Positions 14,024 to 26,803 of a DNA stretch of 64,000 nucleotides are shown one piece after another. Made by a program: the position numbers and the translations under genes. Position 1 is the stretch's first letter. The number at the start of each line of letters is the position of its first letter. The notes under the pieces are model-generated. The model ran no database searches. It was not told the DNA's origin and saw nothing but the letters and a program-made list of their open reading frames with translations. This DNA is from Ruditapes philippinarum. Taxonomy: Eukaryota. The stretch lies in the NCBI RefSeq assembly GCF_026571515.1, contig NW_026854096.1:310001-374000 (forward strand), read 5' to 3'.

Positions 14024-15710
14024 AGGCCAATGTAATATAAACAAACATCCGCGAAACATAACGGAAATAAGCTCGGCTTGGTGTAACTTTTTCTTCTTCT
14101 AGAATTGTTTGTGTTAATTATTGAAACAAGCGATCATTTTGTTTGGTTTTTTTTGTATAAAATAGTTTAAAATAATCACGTATTGATGAGAAATACGTCT
14201 AAAATTGAGGAAAACAGATTGGATATTCAAGTTGATACCGAGGATATTTCATTTAAACTTGTATTTGGACATAAAATAGAAAGAAATTATTTTTGTGTGT
14301 GTAAGATCATCTCCTGAAAAAGAAACATATATCCTCTATTGCTTCGAATTTTTTGAAACAGAATTATTGCAAATTCTGTTTTAAAACTAGTAAAAATACA
14401 GCAAACTGATGTCATCAGAATATGGATTGCAATAAAATTATTTCAATAAAATTATTTCAAATTATTCATTGAAAAAATAACTTAATCATTAATAAGCATT
14501 AATCTTATAGTAACTACTTGTCACGAAGGCTTTGTAATTGTCCTAAAATACAACAAAATTTAAACACGTATCTGAAATAAAATATAAAAAGAAAATATGT
14601 AATGTCAGATAAGCATCATACAGCATAATGTATGCATATTCATTTAAAGAAATATATATTCATCGTCATTGAATATATAAAGAAATAACATACCTGAGAA
14701 TGAAAATTATCAACTTGCAACAAAGTGTATGTTGGCTGATATGTGGAGGTTAACAAATTGTTGAACTACTAAGTCACGTGACAATATATAGACCGACTTA
14801 CATCAAGGACATTTAAGTCAACATGAGACGGGTATATACATTTATAGCCTTAGGTTTACTTTAGGAGCTCTGAATATGGGTCAGGATCAAACAGTTGTTA
14901 TGTTTTATATTACAAGATACGATACACATTTTCAATGGCATTTTTGTCTTCGAGTTTGGCATTCATCATTTTGTTATGTTGTTGTACCAAATTTGTCAAT
15001 GGGTAATATTTAGCGGATAAATAAACCATCTTTTATACGATATTGAAAGTTAATAACCCATATTTTATAGTCATGATCGACCTTAAGGTTTTAAGGTTAC
15101 AAGGTTACCTGTCTGATAAGCGAGAGGACAATGACCAACATAACGACATGGGTGCAACAATGTCACATAGTAAGGTTATTACAAACAGAGCAGAACAGGT
15201 TTTTTTAAATAAATTTAAACAATATGTATGTCTTGTTAATACATCAAATTAAATAATACACGGGATAAGCAACTGTGTTTACACGATTCCTTAGAGAGAG
15301 AATGGACAAATCATTAAACATGTTATGATGTAATATACATGTTTTTGGCATTCCGTCCATTGCTTTCTCGTTTAGGGCACACGCATTCTTTTACTTGGGA
15401 ACCATATGCCGCTGCTTAGGAATGGCGCGATAGTGTCTCATTAAAGGCTCATCGTCATATGAACACATGTTAATTCAAAATGTCATCATTTTCGTGTTTA
15501 AATGTTGAACTCTGTTTAAGCCGGTGCTAAGGGTGTGTGGATGGTAGCTTGTATTTACTATTACCGTTCATGAACAGGTTCAATCATATAAATTCTTCAA
15601 AGTATCAGTTTTGTTATTTCAAGCGTTCTTCAGGAATTACGTTATTCTCTGTTGTAAGATGTAACATTTTATAACAATGCCATATGATAAATACAAATAG
15701 CTACAAAATA

Positions 15711-16596
15711 TGTCAAAGTTGTATATGATCTTATGTGTAGAGATTTAGAACTTAAACCAAATTCGATGTCCTGGGCTAAGTCTGTTATGATTTTGTTACA
15801 ATCCTTAGGTTTCCATGAATTATGGATTATCAGGATATTGGAGATATAAATTTATCTTATCAGTAGTAAAGCAAAGATTAACAGATATATTTATGCAAAA
15901 TTGGTATGCAACTTTAAGAGATTCACCAAGAGCAAGAGGACAATGACCAACATAACGACATGGGTGCAACAATGTTTGTGATTTTGGTTTTAAATCATAT
16001 TTGTCAATGGTTAATATTGAAAAATTTAGGAAATCTTTATCACGTTTCAGGACTTCTCCGCATAGATTGAAAGTAGAAACTGGTAGATGGCATAAACCTG
16101 AAGCAATTCCTTATAATGAAAGAAAATGTAATATTTGCTTAAAACTAGAAGATAAATTTCATGTATTATTAGAATGTCCACAGTAGAATGTTTTGAGAAA
16201 ACAGCTCATAGATAAATATTTTGGAAAAAACCAAATATACCAACATTTATTGAATTGTTAACAAATCAAAATGAAAATATTATAAGAAAATTATCAATGT
16301 TCATCTTTAAAATGTTTGAACTAAGAACAAATGTTGAATATTCGTAAATTATAGTAGCTAGGAAGGTAAATGTAATGTTACTTAATTGATATCATTATGC
16401 AAAACTTGTGCTTCATTTAAACCTTGCTGTAATATAATTATTCTGTTCGGTCTCAAATATAAAGTAAATGTTAAATATATGTTAAATATGTTTAATGACC
16501 TTGATATTATGTTTCTGTATGTATGTATGTTTGTATGTATGCTGTGTACTCATGGGTATAATACCCACATGTATTTGGAATAAAATCTTGAAATCT
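15711..16596 (+). mobile_element. 5'-truncated non-LTR retrotransposon 3' end
   Basis: Absent from duplicate copy B. Encodes SRFRTSPHRLKVETGRW..ERKCNIC..EDKFHVLLECP, the LINE ORF2 C-terminal Zn-finger region; ends AATAAAATCTTGAAATCTT. Confidence 0.85.
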
Positions 16597-16854
16597 TATA
16601 AGATATAACTGTATTTCAACACGAAACATATCAAGATAATTCAAAGTTAAGGAATTAGATGCCTACGTTAATTTGAAAGTATGTATGAGCATACTTTTAA
16701 CGTTGACATATTTTGTTCGAAATTTTTTATGCACTTAACATTTAAGTAAAAAATGGCATTCATCTTCAATATCGTTCATATCACATACTTTAAACAGATG
16801 TTCCTGTCTTTCCAACATACTGTCTTGACCATACCTGGCAGACTCAGTCCATAA

Positions 16855-16869
16855 ATAATAATAATAATG

Positions 16870-16909
<40 letters not shown>

Positions 16910-18760
16910 TAATAATGGTCTATATATACCGAGAGAACTCATTTGAACAACATATCAGTCTTCCACGAGGCCCCCCAACAAGGAACAATATACATTAAAC
17001 TTATTCAAACTATTAAAATACACAATTGTAAATGCAGGAGATTATCAATTTGTATAGATCGATGTGTGATAATATCTCAAGTATAAGGTTTTAAAACGGT
17101 TCACAGATGTAGCAGACTTGATATAATCAGGAAGGCCGTTCCAAATTCAAGATCCAGAATAAACAAAATTCTAACGAATTGGTCAGTATTTGGTCTAGGG
17201 GTATAAATTTGAAAATCAAATAAGAGTATGAACATCTGACGATAAAATGAAATTATTCAATTAATAGGAAGGCCCCTGTTTATTCATTATTTCAAACATC
17301 ATCATAGCTTTTTGAGAAACAACTCTCTTTGAAAAGGTCATGCAGCGGTATTCAGAAAGTAGCTCAGCGGGTAGAGTGTTATAATCTTTGTCTAGAATTA
17401 GATTAGATTGTCTTGCAGCTCTATTTTGGAATTAAATGAGTTTATCTTCTAGAAAAGACGTACAGTTACATTAAATTATGCAACAACAGTCAAGATGTGG
17501 TAAAATATATGCAATGTAAAACATTTTACACTATACATGCATAGATATGAATAATTTTATACGAGATAAGAAATTCAACAATGAGTTGCATTTTTTTGAA
17601 AACATTATCAATATGGCTTTGTCAAGATAAGTTGTTATTAATTGTAATACCTAAATTTTGTTCTTCAGAGCTACAAACAATTTGCTCTGTTTTGTACGAA
17701 ATACAAGGATTACGTTCATAATTATATAATTTTGCTTGTGTTTTGAGGACATGTACATGATCTTAGTTTTGTTAACATTGATAGACACGATTCAAATCAC
17801 ACCATTTGTTGGCATTTAAAAGATAATGAGTAAGAGATTCAACTACCCTGTTTAGGGATACATCAGAGGTTGAAAGGGTGGTGTCATCAGCAAAAATATC
17901 AGTTTCTATTTTTTCCATAGACAAAGGCAGGCCATTGATATAGATTGAAAACAGTATAGGACCAAACACTGAGCCCTGAGGAACTCCAGTAGTTACTGAA
18001 CTTGACTCTGAATTTTAACCAGATATGTAAGTTTGTTAGGTTCTGCAAATATCTAAATAGGTGGAAAACCAAGCACCTGATGAAGGGTCTAGGTCATACA
18101 TATTCTAAGCTTTTGAATAATAATGGAGTGATCCATATAGACAACGCTTTAAAGAGATCAAGGAAAATTGAACCAACTATTTCTTTTTTGTCAGTTGCTG
18201 TAATCCAATCATCAATAATTCTAATCAGTGCAGTTTGACATGAATTCTTTGACCTGAATCCAGACTGACGTTGGTATAGAAGTTGATATCCTCAAGGTAT
18301 TGCTTTAAATTTGAACTGACATGACGTTCAAGAATAAGTGATATCAAGGGAAGTATAGAAATTGGCTTTTAATTTCTTTTATCACTTTTAGAATCATTTT
18401 TATGTATAGAAATGACTTTGACATTTTGAACGATTAAGGAAATATATTGTTGAGAATGTTATTATTGAGTATAGTGGTAAGTATGGGAGCAATAATATGG
18501 GCCGATAACTATAAAAACCTTGCACTGAGACCATCTGACCCACATGACTTTGTAATATCTATCGATTTTAATTGGTTCAACACGTAGGTGAGCTGTATTT
18601 TAGGTATTTTGAAAGGGGGTATATGCTGAAGTTTAGATGCATTTAGTTCAAAAAGCTTAGGATTTTCATAACCAGTCTAATTAATGGCATGATGGGATTG
18701 GTGGAGATTCGCAAATTGTCTGTTGAATAAATTTGCTGTGATAAAAGGGTTGCCATCATC
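16855..18760 (-). mobile_element. Degraded CR1/L2-like LINE reverse-transcriptase fragment with (TTA)n tail
   Basis: Minus-strand GVPQGSVFGPILFSIYIN...DIFADDTT RT motifs with stops and frameshifts; (AAT)n at ~16855-16916 at its 3' end. Confidence 0.88.
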
Positions 18761-19630
18761 AAATCATGTGCATGTATACGTGTTTTCGTTATTAAAGAAA
18801 GCACACAAATTTAACTTGTTTTACATATGCATATAAGGAACAATCTGTAACTGTTTGTTTGAATTTGATATGATTGTTTTTACTTCAAATGATTTCGGAA
18901 ATTCACATTCACCGAGCAAACATTTTTACATGATATGTACCGAATTTGTACCATTTTAATTACATTGTTCTAGATCATTTTGATAAATACCTTTTTAAAA
19001 TGATATTATCTGTATTCAATAGTTTAAACCAATATTTGACAATACTTACATATTTATTAACAAATTTAATAGATAGCACCCCAGTTCACCTTTATACTGC
19101 AACATTGAATGAGCTAGTATTAGTTTACAAAACTTGAGACGAATTCTCGTTTGAGAAACCCCATATTGGAAATGCCTAAAATAAAAATAGAGCATAGAAC
19201 AGTGTAAAAGAGTTGTAGCAATAAATAAATTAACCATTGAAAAGTTTATAAGAATATCTGGTCATCAGATGTCTACTATTTCATCTTCACTTGCTGCATT
19301 TCTTGCTTGGGCGCCCTTTGATGCTTTGCATTAATGCTTTTCTTGTATTCAATTAAAACGCGTTAATTTTGGTGTTGATACTATAGGCGCATCAACTTTT
19401 CTTATTTAATAGAATATTGTATCCATGCAGATTCAATGCATATTATACTTAACTCGTTGAATAAAACAAAATAGTTGTTGCCAGAGGCTCGCATAATATA
19501 ATTTTATTCAACTTGTTCAATAAATTTAGTATTATATCTATCTTCATTCAATATCTGAAATAAGATCTCAAATATAAGGTATTTCGGACAAGCATTATAT
19601 AGGATAATGGATGCAGATGTAGACAATATT

Positions 19631-20924
19631 CACTTAAAGAAATTTATATTTAATCATCGTCATTTAATAAATAAAGAAATAACATACCTGGGAATGAAAA
19701 TTATCAACTTGCAACAAAGTGTATGATGGCTTATATGTGGAGGTTAACAAATTGTTGAACTTAGATGATATGTCACGTGACTATGTATAGACAGACTGGT
19801 ATCATTTACTGCCTACCTTAACGTGACATCAAGGACCTGTAAGTCAACTGGTCGTAATGCGGAGCAGAATGTACATTGGTTTACTTTAGGAGCTCTGAAT
19901 ATGGGACATGAATTTTGCCGCGATCTAACAGTTGTTATATTTTATATTGAAGGAAACATACACCTTTTCAATGGCATTTTGTCTTCAAAATGTTAAGAGT
20001 TTATCATTTAGTGATGTTTCATCATCATATTTGTTATGTTGTTGCACCAAATATATCAATGGGTAATATTTAGCGGATAAATAAACCATCTTTTATACGA
20101 GATTGTAAGTTAATGACCCATATTTTATAGTCATGATCGACCTTGAGGTTTTAAGGTTACAAGCTTAGGTTACCTGTCTGATAAGCGAGAGGACAATGAC
20201 CAACATAACGCAATGGGTGCAACAATGTCACATAGTAAGGTTATTACAAACAGAACAGAACAGGTTTTTTTAAATAAATTTAAACAATATGTATGTCTTG
20301 TTAATTCATCAAATTAAATAATACACGGGATAAGCAAGTGTGTTTACACGATTCCTTAGAGAGAGAATGGACAAATCATTAAACATGTTATGATGTAATA
20401 TACATGTATTTGAGTTCCGTCCATTAATTGCTTTCTCGTTTAGGGCACACGCATTCTTTTACTTGGGAAAAATATGCCGCTGCTTAGGAATGGCGCGATA
20501 GTGCCTCATTAAAGGCTCATCGTCATATGAACACATGTGAATTCAAAATGTCATCATTTTCAGACTCTGCTTAAGCTGGTGCTAGGTGTGTGTGGACGGT
20601 AGCTTGCATTTACCATTATCGTTCATGAACAGGTTCAATCAAATCAAGCCTTCAAAGTATCCGTTTTGCTGTTTCGAGCGTTCTTCAGGAATTACGCTTT
20701 TCTCTGTTGTAAGATGTAACATTTTATGACAATGCCATATGATAAATACAAATAGCTATATAAAATATAAGATATAACTGTATTTCAACACGAAACATAT
20801 CAAGATAATTTACATTTAAGTAAAAAATGATATTCATCTTTAATATCGTTCATATCACATACTTGAAACAGATGTTCCTGTTTTTCCAACATATCTTGAC
20901 CAAACCAGACAGACTCAGTCCATA

Positions 20925-20988
<64 letters not shown>

Positions 20989-23285
20989 TAGGTCTATATT
21001 TAACGAGAGAACTCATTTGAACAACATATCAGTCTTCCATGAGGCCCTCAATAAGGAACAATATAAATTAAACTTATTTAAACTATTAAAATACATAATT
21101 GTAAATGCAGGAGATTATCAATTTGTATACATCGATGTGTAATAATATCTCAAGTATAAGGTTTTAAGTCGGTTCACAGATGTAGCACATTTGATATAAT
21201 CAGGAAGGCCGTTCCAAATTAAAGATCCAAAATAAACAAAATACTTACGAATTGCATGGTCAGTATTTGCGATCTAGGGGTGTAAAGTTGAAAATCAAAT
21301 GCGGGTATGAACATATGACGATAAAATGAAATTATTCAATAAATAGGAAGGCGCCTGATTATTCATTATTTTAAACATCATAATAGCTTTTTGAAAAACA
21401 ACCCTCTGTGAAAAGGTCATTCAGCGGTGTTCAGAAAATAGCTCAGCAGATGGAGTGTCATAATCTTTGTCTAGAATTAGATTAGTCTTGCAGCTCTCTT
21501 TTGGAACTTAATGAGTTTATCTTCTAGAAAAGACGTACAGTTACATTAAATTATGCAACAACAGTCAAGATGTGGTAAAATATATGCACTGTAAAACATT
21601 TTACGTACATGCATAGATATGAATAATTTTATACGACATAATAAATGTAGCAATGAGTTGCATTTTTTTGAAAACATTATCAATATGGCTTTGCCAAGAC
21701 AAGTTGTTATTATTAATGGTAGTACCCAAATGTTTTTCTTCAGAGCTACAAACAATTTGCTCTGTTTAATACGAAAAACAAGGATTACATTCATAATTAT
21801 ATAATTTTGCTTGTGTTTGAGGAAATATACATGACCTTAGTTTTGTTAGCATTGATAGACATGCGATTCAAATCACACCATTTGTTGGCATTTAAAAGAT
21901 CATGAGTAAGAGATTCAACTGCCCTGTTAATGGATACATCAGAGGTTGAAAGGGTGGTGTCATCAGCAAAAATATCAGTTTCTATTTTTTCCATAGACAA
22001 GGGCAGGCCATTAATATAGATTGAAAACAGTATAGGACCAAACACTTAGCCCGGAGGAACTCCAGTAGTTACTGAACTTGACTCTGAATATAAACCGGAT
22101 ATGTAAGTTTGTAAGGTTCTGCAATCTAAATAGGAGGAAAACCAGCACCTGATGAAGGGTCTAGGTCATACATATTCTAAGCTTTTGAATAATAATGGAG
22201 TAATCCACATAGTCAAAGCTTTAGAGAGATCAAGGTAAATTGAACCAACTATTTCATTTTTTTCTATAGCTGTAATCCAGTCATCAATAATTCTAATCAG
22301 TGCAGTTTGACATAAATGATTTGACCTGAATCCAGACTTACTTTGGTATAGAAGCTGATTTTCTTCAAGGTATTGCTTTAAATGCGAACTGACATGACGT
22401 TCAAGAATGATTGATATCAAGGGAAATATGAACATGGGTCTCTATCACATTTAGTACCCGTTTTATGTATAGGAATGGTTTTGGTATTTTTGAACGATTA
22501 AGGAAATGTTTTGTTTAGAATGCTATTATTGAAATAAGTGGTAAGTATTGGAGCAATAATGTGGGTCGATACGACAACTTTAGAAACCTTTTTATTGGTT
22601 CAACACATATAGGTGAGCTGTATTTTAGGTATTTTGAAAGGGGTATATGCTGAAGTTTAGATGCATTTAGTTCAACAAGCTCAGGATTTTCATAACCAGT
22701 CTGATTAATGGCATGATGGGATAAGGGGAGATTCGCATATTTTCTGTTAAATAAATTAGCAGTGAAAAAAGGGTCAGTAACAGGTGCCATCATCAAATCA
22801 TAGGTATACGTGATTTCGTTATTAAAGAGAGCACATAGATATAACTTGTTTTAACATATGCATATAAGGTATTGAAACATAAACAGCAGTATCAATTAAC
22901 CATTTACTTAGGACAATCTGTAACTGTTTGTTTGAATTTGATATGATTGTTTTTACTTTAAATGTTCTCGGAAATTTCACATTTACCGAGCAAACATTTT
23001 TACATGATATGCCCAGGTTTTGTACCATTTTAATTACATTGTTCCAGATCATTTTGATAAATGATATTATCTGTATTCAATAGTTTAAACCAATATTTAA
23101 AAGTACTTACATATCTATTAACAAATATAATGGATAGCACCCAAGTTCACCTTTATACTGCAACAATGAATGAGCTAGTATTAGTTTACAAAACTTGAGA
23201 TGAATTCTCGTTTGAGAAACTCCATTTTGGATATGCCTAATTTAAAAGTAGAGCATAGAACAGTGTAAAAGAGTTGTAGCAATAA
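19631..23285 (+). repeat. Tandem segmental duplication, copy B
   Basis: Colinear with 14641-19225. Confidence 0.92.
20925..22795 (-). mobile_element. Duplicate of degraded CR1/L2-like LINE RT fragment
   Basis: Same RT motifs (ORFs 21797-22045, 22166-22435, 21546-21794); (AAT)n at ~20925-20988. Confidence 0.88.
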
Positions 23286-24524
23286 AAAAGTCACATATGT
23301 CGTATATTTTTGCCCCGCAGAGCAAAGGTACGACACATTGTCGAATTTTTGTTTTTTTTGCCTAGCGCCCCGCTGACGAAAGGCGAAAACAAAAAAATAC
23401 GAAAAAATACGTCAAAGTGATCAATTTGTCGTATTTTCGTGTTTTCTATATTTCGTCAGTAGAGCGATAAGTAGAAGCACGAAATTTCGACAAAACGATC
23501 GTGATCACTTTGTCGTATCTTGTGTTTTTCTCTGGCGCCTCGCGAAGCTGGAACAAATCAGCCGCCATAGTAACATAATATTCAAATACCTTAGTTACCT
23601 GCATTGCTGGTAACGGTTTAATTATATAAAACAAATGGAGCGGTATAAAAGCATGCCCATAATAGTTGAAAGCAATATGTCTTGTAAAAAAACCATTTAT
23701 CTCACATTTTATCGTCCCTTTTTGTCGTAAAAACAAATAAACATAAAAACGTACTACAATAAACAACAAGGGAACCGGCGGACCTCTGACTCGTTGTTTC
23801 CTGCTTTAAATAAAAACTCGTTCGCAAACTCAAATAATGTTATAAATAAGTGCATGTAATGTGTTAGGTTAGCTTGCTTGCAACTGATACAAATATATTT
23901 GTATCAGTTGCAAGCGATAAATGTTATATATATATGCGGGTATGCACTGTAGGCCTGAGTTAAAAAAAGACAGATTTAAGTAAGATATATAAATAGTTCG
24001 ACTCATTTTTTTTTAAACTATTAAAAAAGTTGAAGACAGTAAGCATATCTTACTCAAATGAAATCAATTAAAGGAAGACACAGGCAAAATTTTCATTTCT
24101 TCGTTTATTATTCTATAAATGTCCTCAAAATGAATACATTAAGTAGTCACAGGAACAATACTTTTCTCCTTATAAAGAATAAAATGTTGGTTTCCCAACT
24201 TGGGTCAGGTTACTGTAGAGCATTTAGATTTCACAATTATAGTTATTAAACACATTAAAGTATCATTGTCAAATGAATGACTAAGACTTTTTCACTCTAA
24301 CAATGTCAACAATATCTGTTATTGTATTTTTTTCTTGTTACTTGACTTGTTTTAAAACTAATCGATGACTCTGTCGGAGTCTTTATTTACCCAAATATAT
24401 AGTATTTATACAGAAATTAGTGCTAGGACTTTAAAAAATGTCATTTAAGCATGATTTGTGTAAAAAAATCAATTTAATATTTTTGTCATTCATTTGCCTC
24501 TGCCAGTATGGGGCCTATAATTAT

Positions 24525-24736
24525 ATGAGCCGCGTCACGACAAAACCAACGTTATGCGTTTGCGACCAGCATGGATCATGACCAGCCTGCGCATCCGCGC
24601 AGTCTGATCAGGATCCATGCTTTTCGCTTACCAACTATATTACAAGTAGAGAAACTGATAGCGAACAGCATTGATCCTGGTCTGGTTCCATGCTGGTCGA
24701 AAACGCATAACGTTGGTTTCGTCGTGACGCGGCTCA
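24525..24736. mobile_element. Palindromic MITE, internally deleted copy
   Basis: TIRs TGAGCCGCGTCACGACAAAACCAAC...GTTGGTTTCGTCGTGACGCGGCTCA; same family as 57251-57488. Confidence 0.88.
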
Positions 24737-25389
24737 TATATTCGTTGTGCCGACTTCTTAAGTTTCAGTAAATGACACACCGCATGTATTTAACGCTACT
24801 TGAATTGAGTCAAATTACAGTAGAGTGGAAAAATTTAATGTAGTCACAAGACTATTTAAATGACGTTACAGGTGAAATTAGATAAAATGAATTTGATCTC
24901 ATTTCATGTGACAATTTTATTTACGTACATGGATAGAGTGTTCAAACTTTCGTGAAACAGAACTAACTACAAGTTAGATCATGCTTGCTATTTATAAATG
25001 CATGACATGTTACATCAATCGTTACTATTCGGCCCTTTCCGTAGGGATTATTATGAAAAATAGCCGAGGACGTTTCAATTGCTATGGCAGATAACTAGTA
25101 TCAAGTTGCCTGTTGAAACTTGAATTATTCACGTGAGTCAAGTCCAATTATTTTAATGGCTAGGATCCCATTAAAATTCTAAAAATAAGGAAATGAAAAT
25201 GTGAGACCATGAACGCAAAACAGATTTATTTATTTTCCGGGGATTTTTACTAAAGTGAGTATATAAGAAAATACTTTCACTCGTTTACATTATAATAATT
25301 CTTTTGGCAAAATATAATCTGTTAGTTAAGATTTCAAAAATCTGAATTAACAATAAAGATACATTATTTTGTTCTTGAAATTAACTAAA

Positions 25390-26803
25390 ATGTTTGAAAA
25401 TAATACATATTCAGCTAACTGGGTGGGCCTAATCAGGTACCGGGCACACTTTGATTTGATGGCATATAGAGAAGGAGATTATTTTGACGTGTACAAGGTA
25501 TTCAACTTTCAATGAAAGATTTCATATAATGCTAAGAGATTAAAACGTTTTGTGATTTCTTATTCTTTTTTTCTCTTCTTTTTTAAGGGAAATGATAAAA
25601 TGATTGATTGATTTCTGAAAATGTAAGGGTCTGATAAATTAAGTACTTAAATTACTTCAAATATCAAGGTAATATAAATGGATTATGAGAGATGATAAAC
25701 ACTTTATATTGAATGAAACTATCTTATTTCAACTATCTTGTTTAATCTATTATCAGGGGAAGGCATTTAGCTGTAAAGATTATATTCCAAGGTCGGTAGT
25801 TGTGAAGGGTATGCGGCATTACTGTGGTGAACAAGAGGATTTTGAGATGTATAGATTTTGCAGTGAACAGAGCCGAAAAATAGCCATTCAATTCAACAAA
25901 CTTTCCACAGTATTTCCATGCAAGGTTAGTAAATATTTTTAACTTTTTATCTTTTTTTTACAAATATATGATGAAACGTCAGTTATTCTAAATATTATAC
26001 GTTTAAGTATGTGCAAAATATTTCTAACATTTTTATCGTCGTTTTTTTCTCTCAAGTATTTGGAAGACTGTAGGCTCAATTGATGTTAAAGTGTTAAATT
26101 AACAGAAACAACATATAATTATCTATATAATTTAATATATGTACTAGTAATAGATGTTTTTAAACAATGCTGATGTTTTTATACAATGGTGAACAGTAAC
26201 GGAATGACATTACATAAAAATCATAAAACCAAATAGCAAGTAAAGCATACATCTATACAGGTATATCAACATTCAAAGCATTATATTTCATACATCGGCC
26301 ATTGAATACTAAGTTTTGTTGTAAAGAAAATTTAGTGGACTCAATTTTCATTTTAGATACGTTTTGTTGTCCCTGCAGTTACACAAATCGACACAAGATC
26401 TACCGTAGCCTTCGGCAAGAAATTCAACAAAGATGAATATGTTGCCTTTGAAGAAAAGCTTGAAGGAAATTTTACCACTTTCATTGACAAAAGGGGAAAT
26501 ACGTTGGATGGAAATAAATGTTGTTTGATTTTAGAAGCATTTAGTCATTATTCTTTCGTTGTTTCGGAAGGAAATTTTGTAATTTGTGGTCTCCAAGGTG
26601 TATATAGAAAGGACAAATCAGAATTCATCCTAACCAACCCGACAATACATTCGAGAGAAGGTAAATTTGGTCCCGGAGACAAGCGAGATCCGGGAATAAG
26701 AGATGTTACACAGAATCATACTTGTAATAAGTTTTGCCAAATGTTTATGAATAAACCATCAAAGTCTGCGACAGAACTTGAAAATGAATTTGGAGAGATC
26801 TGA
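25390..26803 (+). CDS. Alpha-kinase-fold protein 1 (predicted pseudokinase), 240 aa, 3 coding exons
   Basis: Exons 25390-25497, 25757-25924 and 26357-26803 (phase-0 GT-AG introns). Motifs VVVKG, FEEKLEGNF, AFSHYSF, ICGLQGV, LTNPTIHS, HTCNKFC align with the eEF2K/MHCK/TRPM7 alpha-kinase domain. Confidence 0.9.

Larger units (their letters stand above)
14641..19225 (+). repeat. Tandem segmental duplication, copy A
   Basis: Colinear with 19631-23285 apart from indels; copy A has an extra LINE 3' fragment at ~15711-16596. Confidence 0.92.

Noticed and set aside
23300-23560. Degenerate inverted/direct CGAAAA-rich repeats (possible MITE remnant); also the inverted pair ~32900-33230 / ~40190-40510
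   Set aside because: Probably old repeat fragments, but termini and TSDs could not be defined by eye.
25238-25250. kappaB-like site GGGGATTTTT (and GGAATTTCC at ~33964) near the pseudokinase genes
   Set aside because: Short motifs, not conserved in position or sequence across paralogs; not enough to claim immune regulation.
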